Origin: Candidatus Saccharimonadota bacterium
Lineage (GTDB): Bacteria > Pseudomonadota > Gammaproteobacteria > Enterobacterales > Enterobacteriaceae
DNA: 32,000 nucleotides
NCBI GenBank assembly: GCA_002688505.1
Contig: CP024013.1
Coordinates: 30,001-62,000, forward strand
Direction of reading: 5' to 3'
Shown here: in pieces, positions 1-13,411 of the stretch
Layout: the number at the start of each line of letters is the position of its first letter
Position numbering within the stretch: position 1 is the first letter of the stretch
Position numbers and translations under genes: made by a program
Notes under the pieces: model-generated
Databases searched by the model: none
What the model saw: the letters and a program-made list of their open reading frames with translations, nothing else
What the model was told of the DNA's origin: nothing

Positions 1-2
1 TA

Positions 3-116
3 ATAAATTTAAAAATTTTTAAAAATAAAAAAATTAAAAATAAAAATATTAAATTTAAAGAAAAAAATTGTTTTAATACAATGATAGAAGCATTTAAAAA
101 AGCAAAATCTAAATAA
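3..116 (+). CDS. possible 3' end of an unidentified gene that starts upstream of the window
   Basis: Frame 3 is open from the window edge for 37 sense codons and ends at TAA 114-116 (...NCFNTMIEAFKKAKSK*). An open run this long is unusual where TAA/TAG are so frequent. No recognisable motif. It would overlap the dusA 3' end by 8 nt. Confidence 0.25.
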   Translation: MNLKIFKNKKIKNKNIKFKEKNCFNTMIEAFKKAKSK

Positions 117-1146
117 AATCTTTAAAAATAAAATATATAAAATCTAAATAATTATTAAAACTATTAAAATAATTTATAGAACGTAAAATTCTATTTCTAA
201 AAATAGAAGCATTTTTAATATTATTAAATATATATATAATATGTTTAATAATATTATATAAATTAATATTTTTTTTTTTTTGTAACACAATATAATTATA
301 TAAATTATAAAAAATAAATATAATATATTTAGAAATTTTATTTTTATTAAAAAATAAATTTTGATTAAAATTTTCTATATCATAATTATTAATATAATTT
401 TTATTTAAAATATAATTTTTAATAGCTACTAAAAATAATGGATTAAAATAAATACCTCTTCCTATCATTACTCCATCTACATATGATAAGTGTTTATTAA
501 TATCAAATAAATTTTTTATATTACCATTTAAAATTATATTTAAATGTGATAAATCTTTTTTTAATTTATAAACAATTTCATAATCTAATATAGTTTTATT
601 TAAATTAAAATATGTAGAATAATTATTCTTTAATATATTACGTGCATGAATTATAAATTTCTTACATGATGTATATAAAGAAATATTACCTACAAAATCT
701 AATAAATAATCATAAGAAATATTATATAAACCTAATCTATGTTTTATTGAAATAATAACATCTATATTACTAGCTTCTTTAATAGAATTTAAACAATTAA
801 TAATTAAATTATAATTATTCATTAAATATATTCCATAATTACATCTTTTAGCACTTTTTGAAGAACATCCTAAATTAAAATTAATTTCACGAAATTTAAA
901 AATATTAATATATCTAATACATTTATATAAATCTTTATAATTATTTCCTACAAACTGTATTATTGTATTTTTATTATTTAATTTTCTAAAAATATTATTA
1001 TAATATTTATAATTACTTAAATAAGAAGAAGTATGTATCATACCATTATATATATAAATATTTTTCATTAATAATCTATAAAAATAATAACTATGTATAT
1101 CTAAATATTTAAATAATGGAGCTACTAAAATTTTATTCGTTAACAT
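109..1146 (-). CDS. dusA: tRNA-dihydrouridine synthase (DusA-like)
   Basis: Single 345-aa ORF, ATG start, TAG stop. The N-terminus (VAPLFKYLDIHSYYFYRLL) resembles DusA (APMLDWTDRHCRYFHRLL). The C-terminal barrel motif VDGVMIGRGIYFNPLFL resembles DusA VDGVMVGREAYQNP. Confidence 0.85.
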   Translation of the reverse strand: MLTNKILVAPLFKYLDIHSYYFYRLLMKNIYIYNGMIHTSSYLSNYKYYNNIFRKLNNKNTIIQFVGNNYKDLYKCIRYINIFKFREINFNLGCSSKSAKRCNYGIYLMNNYNLIINCLNSIKEASNIDVIISIKHRLGLYNISYDYLLDFVGNISLYTSCKKFIIHARNILKNNYSTYFNLNKTILDYEIVYKLKKDLSHLNIILNGNIKNLFDINKHLSYVDGVMIGRGIYFNPLFLVAIKNYILNKNYINNYDIENFNQNLFFNKNKISKYIIFIFYNLYNYIVLQKKKNINLYNIIKHIIYIFNNIKNASIFRNRILRSINYFNSFNNYLDFIYFIFKDFI

Positions 1147-1162
1147 AACTAATTTAAAATAA

Positions 1163-3579
<2,417 letters not shown>

Positions 3580-3642
3580 AACTTTAATTTATAAAAAAAA
3601 TAATTTAAAATTAAAAATATTGTTATACTTAATAAAATAATT

Positions 3643-3864
3643 ATGATAAAAGAAAAAAATATAGAATTTAAAGGAACAATAATTGAAACATTACCTAATA
3701 CTATGTTTAAAGTAAAATTAGAAAATGGATCAATAATTATTGCACATATTTCTGGAAGAATGAGAAAAAATTATATAAGAATATTAAATGGAGATAAAGT
3801 AATAGTACAAATAACACCTTATGATCTTAAAAAAGGAAGAATAATATTTAGAAATAAAATATAA
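3643..3864 (+). CDS. infA: translation initiation factor IF-1
   Basis: 72-aa ORF: [68 protein letters not shown], colinear with E. coli InfA. Confidence 0.95.
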   Translation: MIKEKNIEFKGTIIETLPNTMFKVKLENGSIIIAHISGRMRKNYIRILNGDKVIVQITPYDLKKGRIIFRNKI

Positions 3865-3900
3865 TTATTAAATTAATTTAATATATAACAAGGAAAAAAA

Positions 3901-4320
3901 TTGAATTTTAAAAAAAATATAAAAACCAGAGAAACTGCTTTACAAATACTTTATTCACTAAAAGTATCAAAAAATAAAAATATAAAAAAAAAAACAAATG
4001 AATTTTTTAAAAATATAAAAAAAAATAATTTTAATAAAATAAACACTAAATATCTATTTAAAATTTTAAATGGTATTATAAAAAATATTAAATTTATAAA
4101 AAATATTATAAAAATAAATATAAATAAAAATACTAGATATATAGGATTAATTGAAAAATATATTTTATATATGGCTATATATGAAATAAAAATAAAAAAA
4201 ACTTTACCAATAAAAATTATAATAAATGAAAATATTAAATTAACAAAGAAATTTGGATCAAAAAATGATTATAAATTAATAAATAGTATTTTACATAAAA
4301 TTTGTTTTAAAAAAAAATAA
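3901..4320 (+). CDS. nusB: transcription antitermination factor NusB
   Basis: 139-aa ORF with a TTG start preceded by aagga. RETALQILYS resembles ARECAVQALYS, and KLTKKFGSKNDYKLINSILHKI resembles [22 protein letters not shown]. Confidence 0.8.
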   Translation: MNFKKNIKTRETALQILYSLKVSKNKNIKKKTNEFFKNIKKNNFNKINTKYLFKILNGIIKNIKFIKNIIKININKNTRYIGLIEKYILYMAIYEIKIKKTLPIKIIINENIKLTKKFGSKNDYKLINSILHKICFKKK

Positions 4321-4385
4321 ATATAAAAATAATTAATAAATTTAATTAAATTTATATATTTAAAATTTATCTATAATAAAAAAAA

Positions 4386-4925
4386 ATGAATAATATATAT
4401 TTTAAATTATTAAAAAATAGAATAATTTTTATTACTGGAATTATAGAAAATAATTTATCAAATAATATAATATCACAGTTATTATATTTAGAATATAAAA
4501 GTAATAAAAAAGATATTTTTATTTATATAAATTCACCAGGCGGATTAGTAACAGAAGGAATGTCTATTTATGATACAATGAAATTTATTAAACCAAAAAT
4601 CAATACTATATGTATAGGACAAGCATGTTCAATGGCAGCATTTTTATTATCTTCAGGTTCAAAAAACAAAAGATTTAGCTTACCTAATTCAAATATTATG
4701 ATACATCAACCATTAGGATCATTTAAAGGTCAAGCAACAGATATAAAAATACAAACTAAAGAAATATTAAGAGTAAAAAATAATTTAATTAATTTACTTT
4801 CAAAGAATACAGGAAATAATATTAAAAAAATCAAAAAAGACACAGAAAGAGATAAATATTTTACAGCTAAAGAAGCATTAAATTATGGATTAATTGATAA
4901 AATTATAACAAATAATACAAAATAA
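4386..4925 (+). CDS. clpP: ATP-dependent Clp protease proteolytic subunit
   Basis: 179-aa ORF: IYINSPGG, catalytic Ser in GQACSMAAFLL, His in IMIHQPLG, Asp in DTERDKYFTA. Starts at the equivalent of E. coli FDIYSRLLKERVIF, so the N-terminal axial region is absent. An in-frame TAA lies 3 codons upstream of the ATG. Confidence 0.93.
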   Translation: MNNIYFKLLKNRIIFITGIIENNLSNNIISQLLYLEYKSNKKDIFIYINSPGGLVTEGMSIYDTMKFIKPKINTICIGQACSMAAFLLSSGSKNKRFSLPNSNIMIHQPLGSFKGQATDIKIQTKEILRVKNNLINLLSKNTGNNIKKIKKDTERDKYFTAKEALNYGLIDKIITNNTK

Positions 4926-4942
4926 ATATTTTATAAAATAAT

Positions 4943-6115
4943 ATGAATAATATAAAATATTACTATAAAAAAAAATTATGTAATATATGTAAAAAAAACA
5001 AACTTGATATATTTATAAATAAAGATAAAAATTATATATGTAATAAATGTTATAATAAAGAATATAATAAAAAAAACAATATAAATAATTACATAAATTT
5101 AAATAAATTAAATCCAGAATTAATTAAAAAAGAAATAGATAAATATATTATAGGACATAATAAAACTAAAAAACAAATTTCTGTATCAATATATAATCAT
5201 TTTAAATTAATTAATTATAATAAAAATAGTAAATACATAAATTTATATAAACCAAATATATTACTAATAGGACCAACAGGAAGTGGAAAAACATTAATAG
5301 CTAAAACTATATCTAATATATTAGATATACCTATGGTTATAACTGATGCCACTACATTAACACAAGCTGGATATGTAGGAGATGATGTTGAAAATATATT
5401 ATTAAGATTAATACAAAAATGTAATTATGATATAAAAAAAGCTGAATATGGAATAATATATATAGATGAAATTGATAAAATTGCAAAAAAAACTAAAAAT
5501 ATTTCTATAACAAGAGATGTTTCAGGAGAAGGAGTTCAACAAGCATTACTAAAGATAATTGAAGGAACAATATCATCAATCCCAATTTATGGAGGTAGAA
5601 AACATCCACAACAACAAAATATACAAATAAATACTAATAATATATTATTTATATGTGGAGGAACATTTAATAATATAAATAATATAATAAAAAAAAGATT
5701 AAATATTAATAAAATAGGATTTAATTTAAAAAATAAACAAATTAAAGAAAAAAATAATATAGAATATAAAGATATAATAAAATTTGGTTTTATACCAGAA
5801 TTTATAGGAAGATTTTCTATAATATCCAAATTAGAAAAATTAAAAAAAATACATTTTATAAAAATATTAACAAAACCTAAAAATTCTATAATAAAATATT
5901 ATAAAAAATTATTTAAATTAGAAAATATTAATTTAATATTTAAAAAAAGTGCAATTAAAAAAATTGCTAATATATCAATAAAAATGAATACAGGAGCTAG
6001 ATCATTAAAATATGTGATAGAAAAAATATTATTTAATACTATGTATAATATTAAATTAATTAAACAAAAAGAAATAATAATTGATAAAAATTTTATAAAA
6101 AATCAAAATTTATAA
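4943..6115 (+). CDS. clpX: ATP-dependent Clp protease ATP-binding subunit ClpX
   Basis: 390-aa ORF. N-terminal C4 zinc ribbon (CNICKK...CNKCYN), Walker A GPTGSGKTLIAKT, Walker B IIYIDEIDKI, GFIPEFIGRF. Confidence 0.93.
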   Translation: MNNIKYYYKKKLCNICKKNKLDIFINKDKNYICNKCYNKEYNKKNNINNYINLNKLNPELIKKEIDKYIIGHNKTKKQISVSIYNHFKLINYNKNSKYINLYKPNILLIGPTGSGKTLIAKTISNILDIPMVITDATTLTQAGYVGDDVENILLRLIQKCNYDIKKAEYGIIYIDEIDKIAKKTKNISITRDVSGEGVQQALLKIIEGTISSIPIYGGRKHPQQQNIQINTNNILFICGGTFNNINNIIKKRLNINKIGFNLKNKQIKEKNNIEYKDIIKFGFIPEFIGRFSIISKLEKLKKIHFIKILTKPKNSIIKYYKKLFKLENINLIFKKSAIKKIANISIKMNTGARSLKYVIEKILFNTMYNIKLIKQKEIIIDKNFIKNQNL

Positions 6116-6194
6116 TTAATATTTAAATAAATTTATAAAATTAAAATATATTTAATAATAAAAAAATAATAATAAATTTTAATTATATTTAATA

Positions 6195-8573
6195 ATGAAA
6201 GAAAAAAATAAAAATAAAAAATATCATAATGATATTAAGATAAAAAAAAATAAAATACCAGTTTTACCTTTAAGAAATATAGTTATATATCCTAATATGA
6301 TAGTACCATTATTTGTTGGACGTAAAAAATCTATTTTATGTTTAGAATTAGCAATGAAACAAAACAAAAAAATAATGTTAGTTGCACAAAAAAAATCATC
6401 AATAGAAAATCCTAAAATAAATGATTTATTTAATGTAGGTACTACATCATCTATATTACAAATATTAAAATTACCAGATGGTACAGTTAAAGTATTAATT
6501 GAAGGAATACATAGAGCTAAAATAATAAAAATTAAAGAAAAAAATAAATGTTTTATAGCTACTATTAAAAAAATAAAAACTAAAAAAGAAAAAAATAAAG
6601 AACATAAAATCTTAATAAAAACTATAATAAATCAATTCGAAACATATATTCAATTAAATAAAAAAATCTCTAAAGAAGTATTAACTTCATTAAATAATAT
6701 AAATAACTCAATAAAATTAGCAGATACTATAGCATCTCATATTCCATTAAAACTATTAGATAAACAAAATATATTAGAAATAAAAGATATTAATAAAAGA
6801 TTAGAATATTTAATGGTTAAAATAGAATCTGAAATAGATATACTAAAAATAGAAAAAAAAATAAGGAATAGAGTTAAAAAACAAATGGAAAAAAGTCAAA
6901 GAGAATATTATTTAACTGAACAAATGAAAGCAATACAAAAAGAATTAAATTATATAGATGATATTTCTAATGAATACGACTTAATTAAAAAAAAAATAAT
7001 AACTTCAAAAATGCCTAAAGAAGCTAGAAAAAAAATAGAATCTGAATTACAAAAATTAAAAATGATGCCACCTATGTCAGCTGAAGCTAATATTTCTAGA
7101 ACATATATAGATTGAATTATTCAAATACCTTGATATAAAAAAAATAGAATAAAAAAAGATTTAAAAAAAGCTAAAAAAATATTAGATATAGATCATTTTG
7201 GTCTTAATCATGTAAAAGAAAGAATATTAGAATATCTAGCTGTACAACATAGGTCAAATAAAATAAAAGGACCAATATTATGTTTTATAGGACCTCCTGG
7301 AGTAGGAAAAACATCTTTAGGTAAATCAATTGCAAAATCTACAGGAAGAAAATATACTAAAATATCTTTAGGAGGTATAAGAGATGAAGCAGAAATTAGA
7401 GGACATAGAAAAACATATATAGGATCTATGCCTGGAAAAATAATACAACAAATTATTAAAACAAAAGTTAAAAATCCTTTATTTCTATTAGATGAAATTG
7501 ATAAAATATCTAATGATTTAAGAGGTGATCCTGCATCTGCTCTATTAGAAGTTTTAGATCCAGAACAAAATAATATATTTAATGATCATTATATAGAAAT
7601 AGATTATGATTTATCAAATATTATGTTTGTAGCAACAGCTAATTCTATAAATAATATACCATTTCCTTTATTAGACAGAATGGAAGTAATTAAAATTGTT
7701 GGATATACAGAAGAAGAAAAAAAAAATATAGCAATAAAATATTTAATACCAAAACAAATTAAAAATAATGCATTAAAAAATAATGAAATTATAATAGAAC
7801 AAAATATTATAACTAAAATAATTAGATACTATACTAGAGAATCAGGAGTTAGAGGACTAGAAAGAGAAATATCTAAAATATGTAGAAAATCAGTAAAACA
7901 AATATTACTAAATTTAAATAAAAATAAAATAATTAGAATTAATAAAAAAAATATTAAAAAATATTTAGGTATAAAAAAATTCGACTTTGGTAAAGCTAAA
8001 AAAATTAATAAAATAGGTCAAGTTACTGGACTAGCATGAACAGAAGTAGGTGGAGATTTATTAATTATAGAATCAAGATCTATAAATGGAAAAGGTAAAC
8101 TAACATATACAGGATCATTAGGCAAAGTAATGCAAGAATCTATACAAGCAGCTTTAACAGTAGTAAGATCATTAACTAATAAATTAAAAATAAAAAAAAA
8201 TTTTTATTTAAAAAAAGATATACATGTACATATTCCAGAAGGAGCAACACCTAAAGATGGACCAAGTGCAGGTATAGCAGTATGTACATCTTTAGTATCA
8301 ACATTAACAAAAAATCCAATAAAATCTTATATAGCTATGACAGGAGAAATAACATTAAATGGAGACATTTTACCTATAGGAGGACTTAAAGAAAAATTAT
8401 TAGCAGCATTAAGAGGAGGTATAAAAAAAGTTATTATACCATATAATAATAAAAATGATTTACAAGAAATGCCAAAAAATATAATTAAAAATTTAAAAAT
8501 ATATTATGTAAATAATATAAAAAAAGTACTAAAAATATCACTAACCAAAAATCCATTTAAAAAAAAAAAATAA
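6195..8573 (+). CDS. lon: Lon protease
   Basis: Three track ORFs (6195-7115, 7428-8039, 8130-8573) share one frame. They join through TGA=Trp at conserved positions: YIDW..PW (7113-7115, 7131-7133) and GLAWTEVGG (8037-8039). Walker [14 protein letters not shown], catalytic PKDGPSAG and IGGLKEK. TAA stop at 8571-8573. Confidence 0.95.
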
Positions 8574-8646
8574 CACGCTCTACAGGATTTGAACCTGTGA
8601 CCTACAGCTTAGAAGGCTGTTGCTCTATCCACTGAGCTAAGAGCGT
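8574..8646 (-). tRNA. tRNA-Arg (anticodon UCU)
   Basis: Hand-folded cloverleaf on the minus strand: ACGCTCT TA GCTC AGTGGATA GAGC A ACAGC CTTCTAA GCTGT AGGTC ACAGG TTCAAAT CCTGT AGAGCGT G. 7-bp acceptor stem, TCT anticodon, no encoded CCA. Closely resembles E. coli tRNA-Arg(UCU). It is a GC-rich island in AT-rich surroundings. Confidence 0.9.
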
Positions 8647-8681
8647 AACAATATACAACATATTAAATTATTGAAATAAAA

Positions 8682-9560
8682 ATGTCAAATATTAAATATA
8701 ATAAAAAGTTTATTTATGGAACAAAATATTTAAATAAAATAAAAAATAAAATCAAAAAAAAAATATTAAAATTAAAAAAAATTAAAAAAAAAATTCCATT
8801 AATAATTATAATAAATATAGGAAATAATAAATCATCTAAAATTTATATCAAAAATAAAATTAAAACCTTTAAATATATAGGTATAAAATATAAAATATAT
8901 AATTTTAAAAAAGATATAAAAGAAAATAAATTAATTAAAAAAATAAAAAAATTTAACTATAATAAAAATATAGATTGTATATTAATACAATTACCATTAC
9001 CAAAAAATCTAAATACTAATAAAATAATAAATACAATAAATCCATATAAAGATGTAGATGGATTACACTATTATAATTTAGGTAAATTATCACAAGGTAA
9101 TCCATATATAACACCATGTACATCAAAAGCTATAATTAAATTATTAAATATATACAATATAAATATAGTAGGTATTAATATTTTAATTATAGGAAAATCA
9201 AATTTAGTAGGAAAACCAATTAATATGGTATTAATAAATAAAGGATGTACAGTAACTATAATAAATAGTAGAACTAAAAATATAAAAAAATACATAAAAA
9301 ATGCAGATATAATAATATCTGCAATAGGAAAATATAATATTTTACCAATAAAATCAGTAAAAAAAAATTCTATAATTATAGATGTAGGTATAAATATTAA
9401 TAAAAATTATAAAATACAAGGAGATATAAATTATAAATTAATATTAAATAAAATAAAATATATAAGTCCAGTACCTGGAGGTGTAGGACCTATGACTATA
9501 GCTTACTTAATAAAAAATATAATGCTAATATATAAAAATAAAAATAAAAACATAAATTAA
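8682..9560 (+). CDS. folD: bifunctional methylenetetrahydrofolate dehydrogenase/methenyl-THF cyclohydrolase
   Basis: 292-aa ORF: ILIQLPLP, YKDVDGLH, PCTSKAIIKLL, IGKSNLVGKP, SPVPGGVGPMTIAYL. Confidence 0.93.
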   Translation: MSNIKYNKKFIYGTKYLNKIKNKIKKKILKLKKIKKKIPLIIIINIGNNKSSKIYIKNKIKTFKYIGIKYKIYNFKKDIKENKLIKKIKKFNYNKNIDCILIQLPLPKNLNTNKIINTINPYKDVDGLHYYNLGKLSQGNPYITPCTSKAIIKLLNIYNINIVGINILIIGKSNLVGKPINMVLINKGCTVTIINSRTKNIKKYIKNADIIISAIGKYNILPIKSVKKNSIIIDVGININKNYKIQGDINYKLILNKIKYISPVPGGVGPMTIAYLIKNIMLIYKNKNKNIN

Positions 9561-9564
9561 ATTT

Positions 9565-10959
9565 TTAATTAATAATAAATCATTCTGTAGTAAAATCATT
9601 TTTATCTTTTAAAATAACATTTAACTTTCTTAATTTTTTACGTAAAATATCTGCTTTTTTTCAATTATTATTTTTACGTTCTTCATTTCTAGAATATATT
9701 AAAAAATTAATTTTATTAATTAATTTTAAATAATTTTTATTTTTATAAAAATATTTATTACTTAAAAAATATTTAGTATCATATTGTAATAAACCCAAAA
9801 AACTAGCATAAAATTTCATTCTTATAGCTAATTTACTAGCTAAAATAAATTTTTTACTTCTAAACTTATTAATTTCAGATAACATTAAAAATAATAATTT
9901 ATGAACACCTGAAATATTTAAATCATCATTCATATAATCTAAAAAAATATTATCATAATAATTAAAAAATAAAATATCACTTTTATTGAATTTTATATTT
10001 AAATCTAAATCATGTATACCTAAATATAATTTATATATAGATTTTTTATAAATATTTAAAATTTTAATACTAAAATTTAAATTTTTTCTATAATGCTTAG
10101 ATAATAAATAATATTTAATTACATCAGGAAAATATTCATTTAATAATTTATATAATAAAAAATTTTTATTATTAGATTTTGATAATTTATATTTATTATA
10201 AATTACTAACCCAGTATGCATTCAATATTTTATATTATAATTAATATTAAATAAACATTTAGATTGAATTAATTCATTTTCATGATGTGGAAAAATTAAA
10301 TCTGATCCACCACCATGTATATCAATTATATTATTTAAATATTTATTACTTATTACAGAACATTCTATATGTCAACCAGGTCTACCAAAACCTCAAGGAG
10401 AACTTCAACCATTTAAATCATTTTTTTTATTTAATTTTCATAAAATAAAATTATTATTTTGTTTAATTATATTATTATTTTTTTTAAAAAAACTATATTT
10501 ATATATATTATTAAATTTTTTATAAGAAAATAATACATTACCTTCTTTATCTATATAAGCATAATCATTTTTAAATAATTTTTTTATAGATAAAATAATA
10601 ACATTAATATTATCAGTAATTTTAGGTTCTAAATTAGGACAACTTAAATTTAATCTATTAAAATCAATATGCATAGAATTAATCATTTTATTTGATAATT
10701 CTTTTAAAGAAATATTTTCTTTATTAGACTTAATTATTAATTTATTATCAATATCAGTTATATTTCTTATATAATTACAATTATATCCTAAATATCTTAA
10801 ATATTTAATTAATATATCAAAAAAGTAAAAAGTTCTACCATGTCCTATATGACAATAATCAGATATAGTAACACCACAAACATAAATATTAATATTATTC
10901 TTTAAATGAGGAATAAATTCTTCTTTTTTTTTAGATAAAGTATTAAATATTTTTAACAT
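9565..10959 (-). CDS. cysS: cysteinyl-tRNA synthetase
   Basis: Fragments 10438-10959 and 9661-10221 join in one frame via several TGA=Trp codons. I translated [55 protein letters not shown] and a KLSKS-type motif. The C-terminus ([13 protein letters not shown]...TTEWFYIN*) matches the E. coli NW..AD.IR...TTW pattern. HIGH motif as [11 protein letters not shown] stop at 9565-9567. Confidence 0.93.
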
Positions 10960-11046
10960 AATTAAATTTAAATAAATATTTTAATTTACCAAAATTTTTA
11001 ATTAATATAATATATAATATATCACTAAATTAGTATATAAATAACA

Positions 11047-11485
11047 ATGATTAATAAAAATTTTTTAAATATAAAAAATATAATACTAAATTTTATAAAT
11101 TATAGAATAAATAATTTTAAAATAAAAATAAATAAAATTAGTAAAAAAATAATAAAATCATATAATACTAAATTTTATAAATTATAGAATAAATAATTTT
11201 AAAATAAAAATAAATAAAATTAGTAAAAAAATAATACTAACAATAATACTATTTTATTTAACAACAATAATAATATTTTTAATAATAAATAATTTATTTA
11301 TTTTTATTTTATTAAATAAAATATATAAAATAAATTATATTAAATTTTTTATTAAAAAAATAATATTATTATATATATTTATATTATTAATAATACAAAT
11401 ATTTTTTATATATAATATTAAAAAAATAAATAATATTTTAATTAAAATAAAAAATATTATTAATATATTCAATAATAAAAAATAA
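11047..11485 (+). CDS. hypothetical small membrane protein; frame broken by an 82-bp tandem duplication
   Basis: ATG at 11047 opens MINKNFLNIKNIILNFINYRINNFKIKINKISKKII..., which hits TAG at 11185-11187 inside the second repeat copy. The frame offset by the 82-nt insert continues ISKKIILTIILLFYLTTIIIFLIINNLFIFILL...IILLYIFILLIIQIFFIY...NNKK* to TAA 11483-11485. Removing one copy gives a single 118-aa ORF with 2-3 hydrophobic helices. No family recognised. Confidence 0.35.
11078..11236. repeat. direct tandem duplication, period 82 bp (77 nt identical: 11078-11154 = 11160-11236, 5-nt filler aaatc)
   Basis: Read directly: atataatactaaattttataaattatagaataaataattttaaaataaaaataaataaaattagtaaaaaaataata occurs twice. 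The short motif aaaaaa-N-ataatactaa lies at the unit start and again just after the second copy. Confidence 0.9.
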
Positions 11486-11490
11486 TAAAA

Positions 11491-11927
11491 ATGAAATTTA
11501 TAAGCCGGATTCTGTTTATTTAAATTAAATTAAATAAGATAATCATTCATCTAGGCTAATAATCGCTTATTAGCTCAAGCAGCTTACCATAATATTTTAA
11601 ATATATATATATGGACTATATATTGTTTAATTTTAAATAACTTAATTAATTAAAATTAATATATTAAATATTAAAATTTAGCTTTGCTCCTAATGGAGTT
11701 TACACATATATTATATTACTATAATATATAGTATTTTTTTAAAATACTTTTTCACCCTTACCTATAAATTATAAATAGGCGGTTATTTTCTGTTGCACTT
11801 TTCATAAAATATATATAAAATATAAATAAATATATTTTTCCAGATGTTATCTGGCATTATGTCCTATGGAGTCCAGACTTTCCTCTATTTTAAAATAATA
11901 AATAAAATAGCGATTATCAAATTTCAT
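11491..11927 (-). ncRNA. rnpB: RNase P RNA (bacterial type A)
   Basis: The minus strand carries the universally conserved blocks. GAGGAAAGTCTGGACTCCATAGGAC (11861-11885). GCCAGATAACATCTGG (11841-11856). AGTGCAACAGAAAATAACCGCC (11778-11799). GGTAAGGGTGAAAAAG. AAACTCCATTAGGAGCAAAGC (11681-11701). GGTAAGCTGCTTGAGCTAATAAGCGATTATTAGCCTAGATGAATGATTATC (11538-11588). ACAGAATCCGGCTTATAA (11498-11515). P1 pairing joins 5' ATGAAATTT (11927-11919) with 3' AAATTTCAT (11499-11491). End positions are +/- a few nt. Confidence 0.9.
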
Positions 11928-11931
11928 AATA

Positions 11932-13371
11932 TTATCTACTTTTATATATTTTTTTAATATAAGGATTATTACATTCTTTAAATTTAATATTAATTTTATA
12001 TCCAAAAAATTTTAAAGATCTAGTATAAAAATTAATTAAATAATTTTTATAAGATAAATTTATATAATTAACTCTTTTACCATGTATAACTATAGTAAAA
12101 GGATCATAACCTCCTATATGTGCATATTTTAATTTGATTAAATTATTGAAACTATTATTTTCACTAAAATTCTCTAAAGCTAATTTTAATATTTTATTTA
12201 TTTTATAAGTACTAATATTAGAATTAAAAATTTTATTATAATATTTAATAATTAATTTAAATAATTTAAACAAAAAATTTTTTTTTAAATTTAAAGCACA
12301 AATAAAAAATATAAAAATATGTTTAATAAAACCATACTTTTTTATAATATATTTCCTATGTTTTAACTTATCTATACTATTTAATTTTTCACATTTATTA
12401 AAAATAATAAATAATATTTTACCTTTAATTAATAAAAATTTAATCATTCCTAAATCATATTTAGTTAATCCTTTATTAATATCTATTATAAATAATATAA
12501 CATTAAAAATATTAATTTTTTTAAAAAATTTTATAAAAGAATAATGTTTATTAAAAAAATTTTTACTAATACCAGGTGAATCAGAAATTAAAATTTTAAT
12601 ATTATTAAATATAAAATTATAGAAAATAAATTCTTTCGTAGTATTTTGTATATTAGATACAAAAGAATAATTACATTTACAAATATTATTTAAAAAAGTA
12701 GATTTACCTACATTTGTTTTACCTAAAATAATAATTTTAATATTTTTAAAATTTAAATTTTTATTATTATTTTTTAATAAATATAAATTATATAATTCAT
12801 TATATTTATTTAAATTTAAACAAAATTTCAAAAAATATTTAAAATTAATATTATCTTTAAAATTTTTAAATAATATTAAATATAAATTATTTAATAAATT
12901 TTCTATAGAACTTCTTTTATATATAGATATATTAAATATATTTTTAATACCTAAAGAACAAAATTTATATAAAATAAACTTATAATCAATTTTTAATAAA
13001 TCTGTTTTACTTAAAATTAAAATAATATTTTTATTATACTTTTTTAGTATATATTTATAAAAATAAATATCTTTATCTAAAAAATTAATTGTAGAATCTA
13101 CTAATCAACAAACTAAATCAGAATTTTTTAAATTAAATATAAATTTTTTATATAAACTAAAATAAATATCTTTATTATTAAAATTCTTTTTATTAAAATT
13201 ATCAAAATTAATATTATCTATAAAAATAAAAAATTTATTTCTAAAATATTTTAAACCATAATTATAATCAAATATATTATTAATATTTAAAAAACAATTA
13301 TTATTTATTAATACATTAAATAAACTAGTTTTACCAACTTTTAAACTTCCTATTAAAGATATTATAAACAT
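11932..13371 (-). CDS. der: ribosome-associated GTPase Der (EngA)
   Basis: Fragments 13105-13371 and 11932-12831 share one frame. I checked every codon between them: only TGA at 13105-13107, no TAA/TAG. Two G domains (GSLKVGKTSLFN...DNINFD; GKTNVGKSTFLN...DSPGI...NKCE) plus a KH-like C-terminus (PFTIVIHGKRVNYINLSYKNYLINF). Confidence 0.9.
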
Positions 13372-13411
13372 AATATTTTTATAAAAAACAAAAAATTTAA
13401 AAAATTAAATC

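Noticed and set aside
5587-5829. 80-aa ORF antisense to clpX. The same type occurs at 9071-9295 (in folD), 21267-21476 (in ileS), 25683-25880 (in pgi), 27871-28149 (in glyS), and 17167-17523 and 17762-17950 (in dnaJ).
   Set aside because: All lie wholly inside strongly conserved genes on the opposite strand or in another frame. They encode low-complexity Ile/Leu/Phe strings, as expected from the complement of Lys/Asn/Ile-rich coding sequence. No independent support.
11047-11485. Assigning the reconstructed 118-aa membrane ORF to SecE, SecG or YajC.
   Set aside because: Only a vague pattern of a basic stretch followed by a TM helix. It lacks the conserved WP/E signature of SecE and the usual secE-nusG context. 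The evidence is insufficient to name it.
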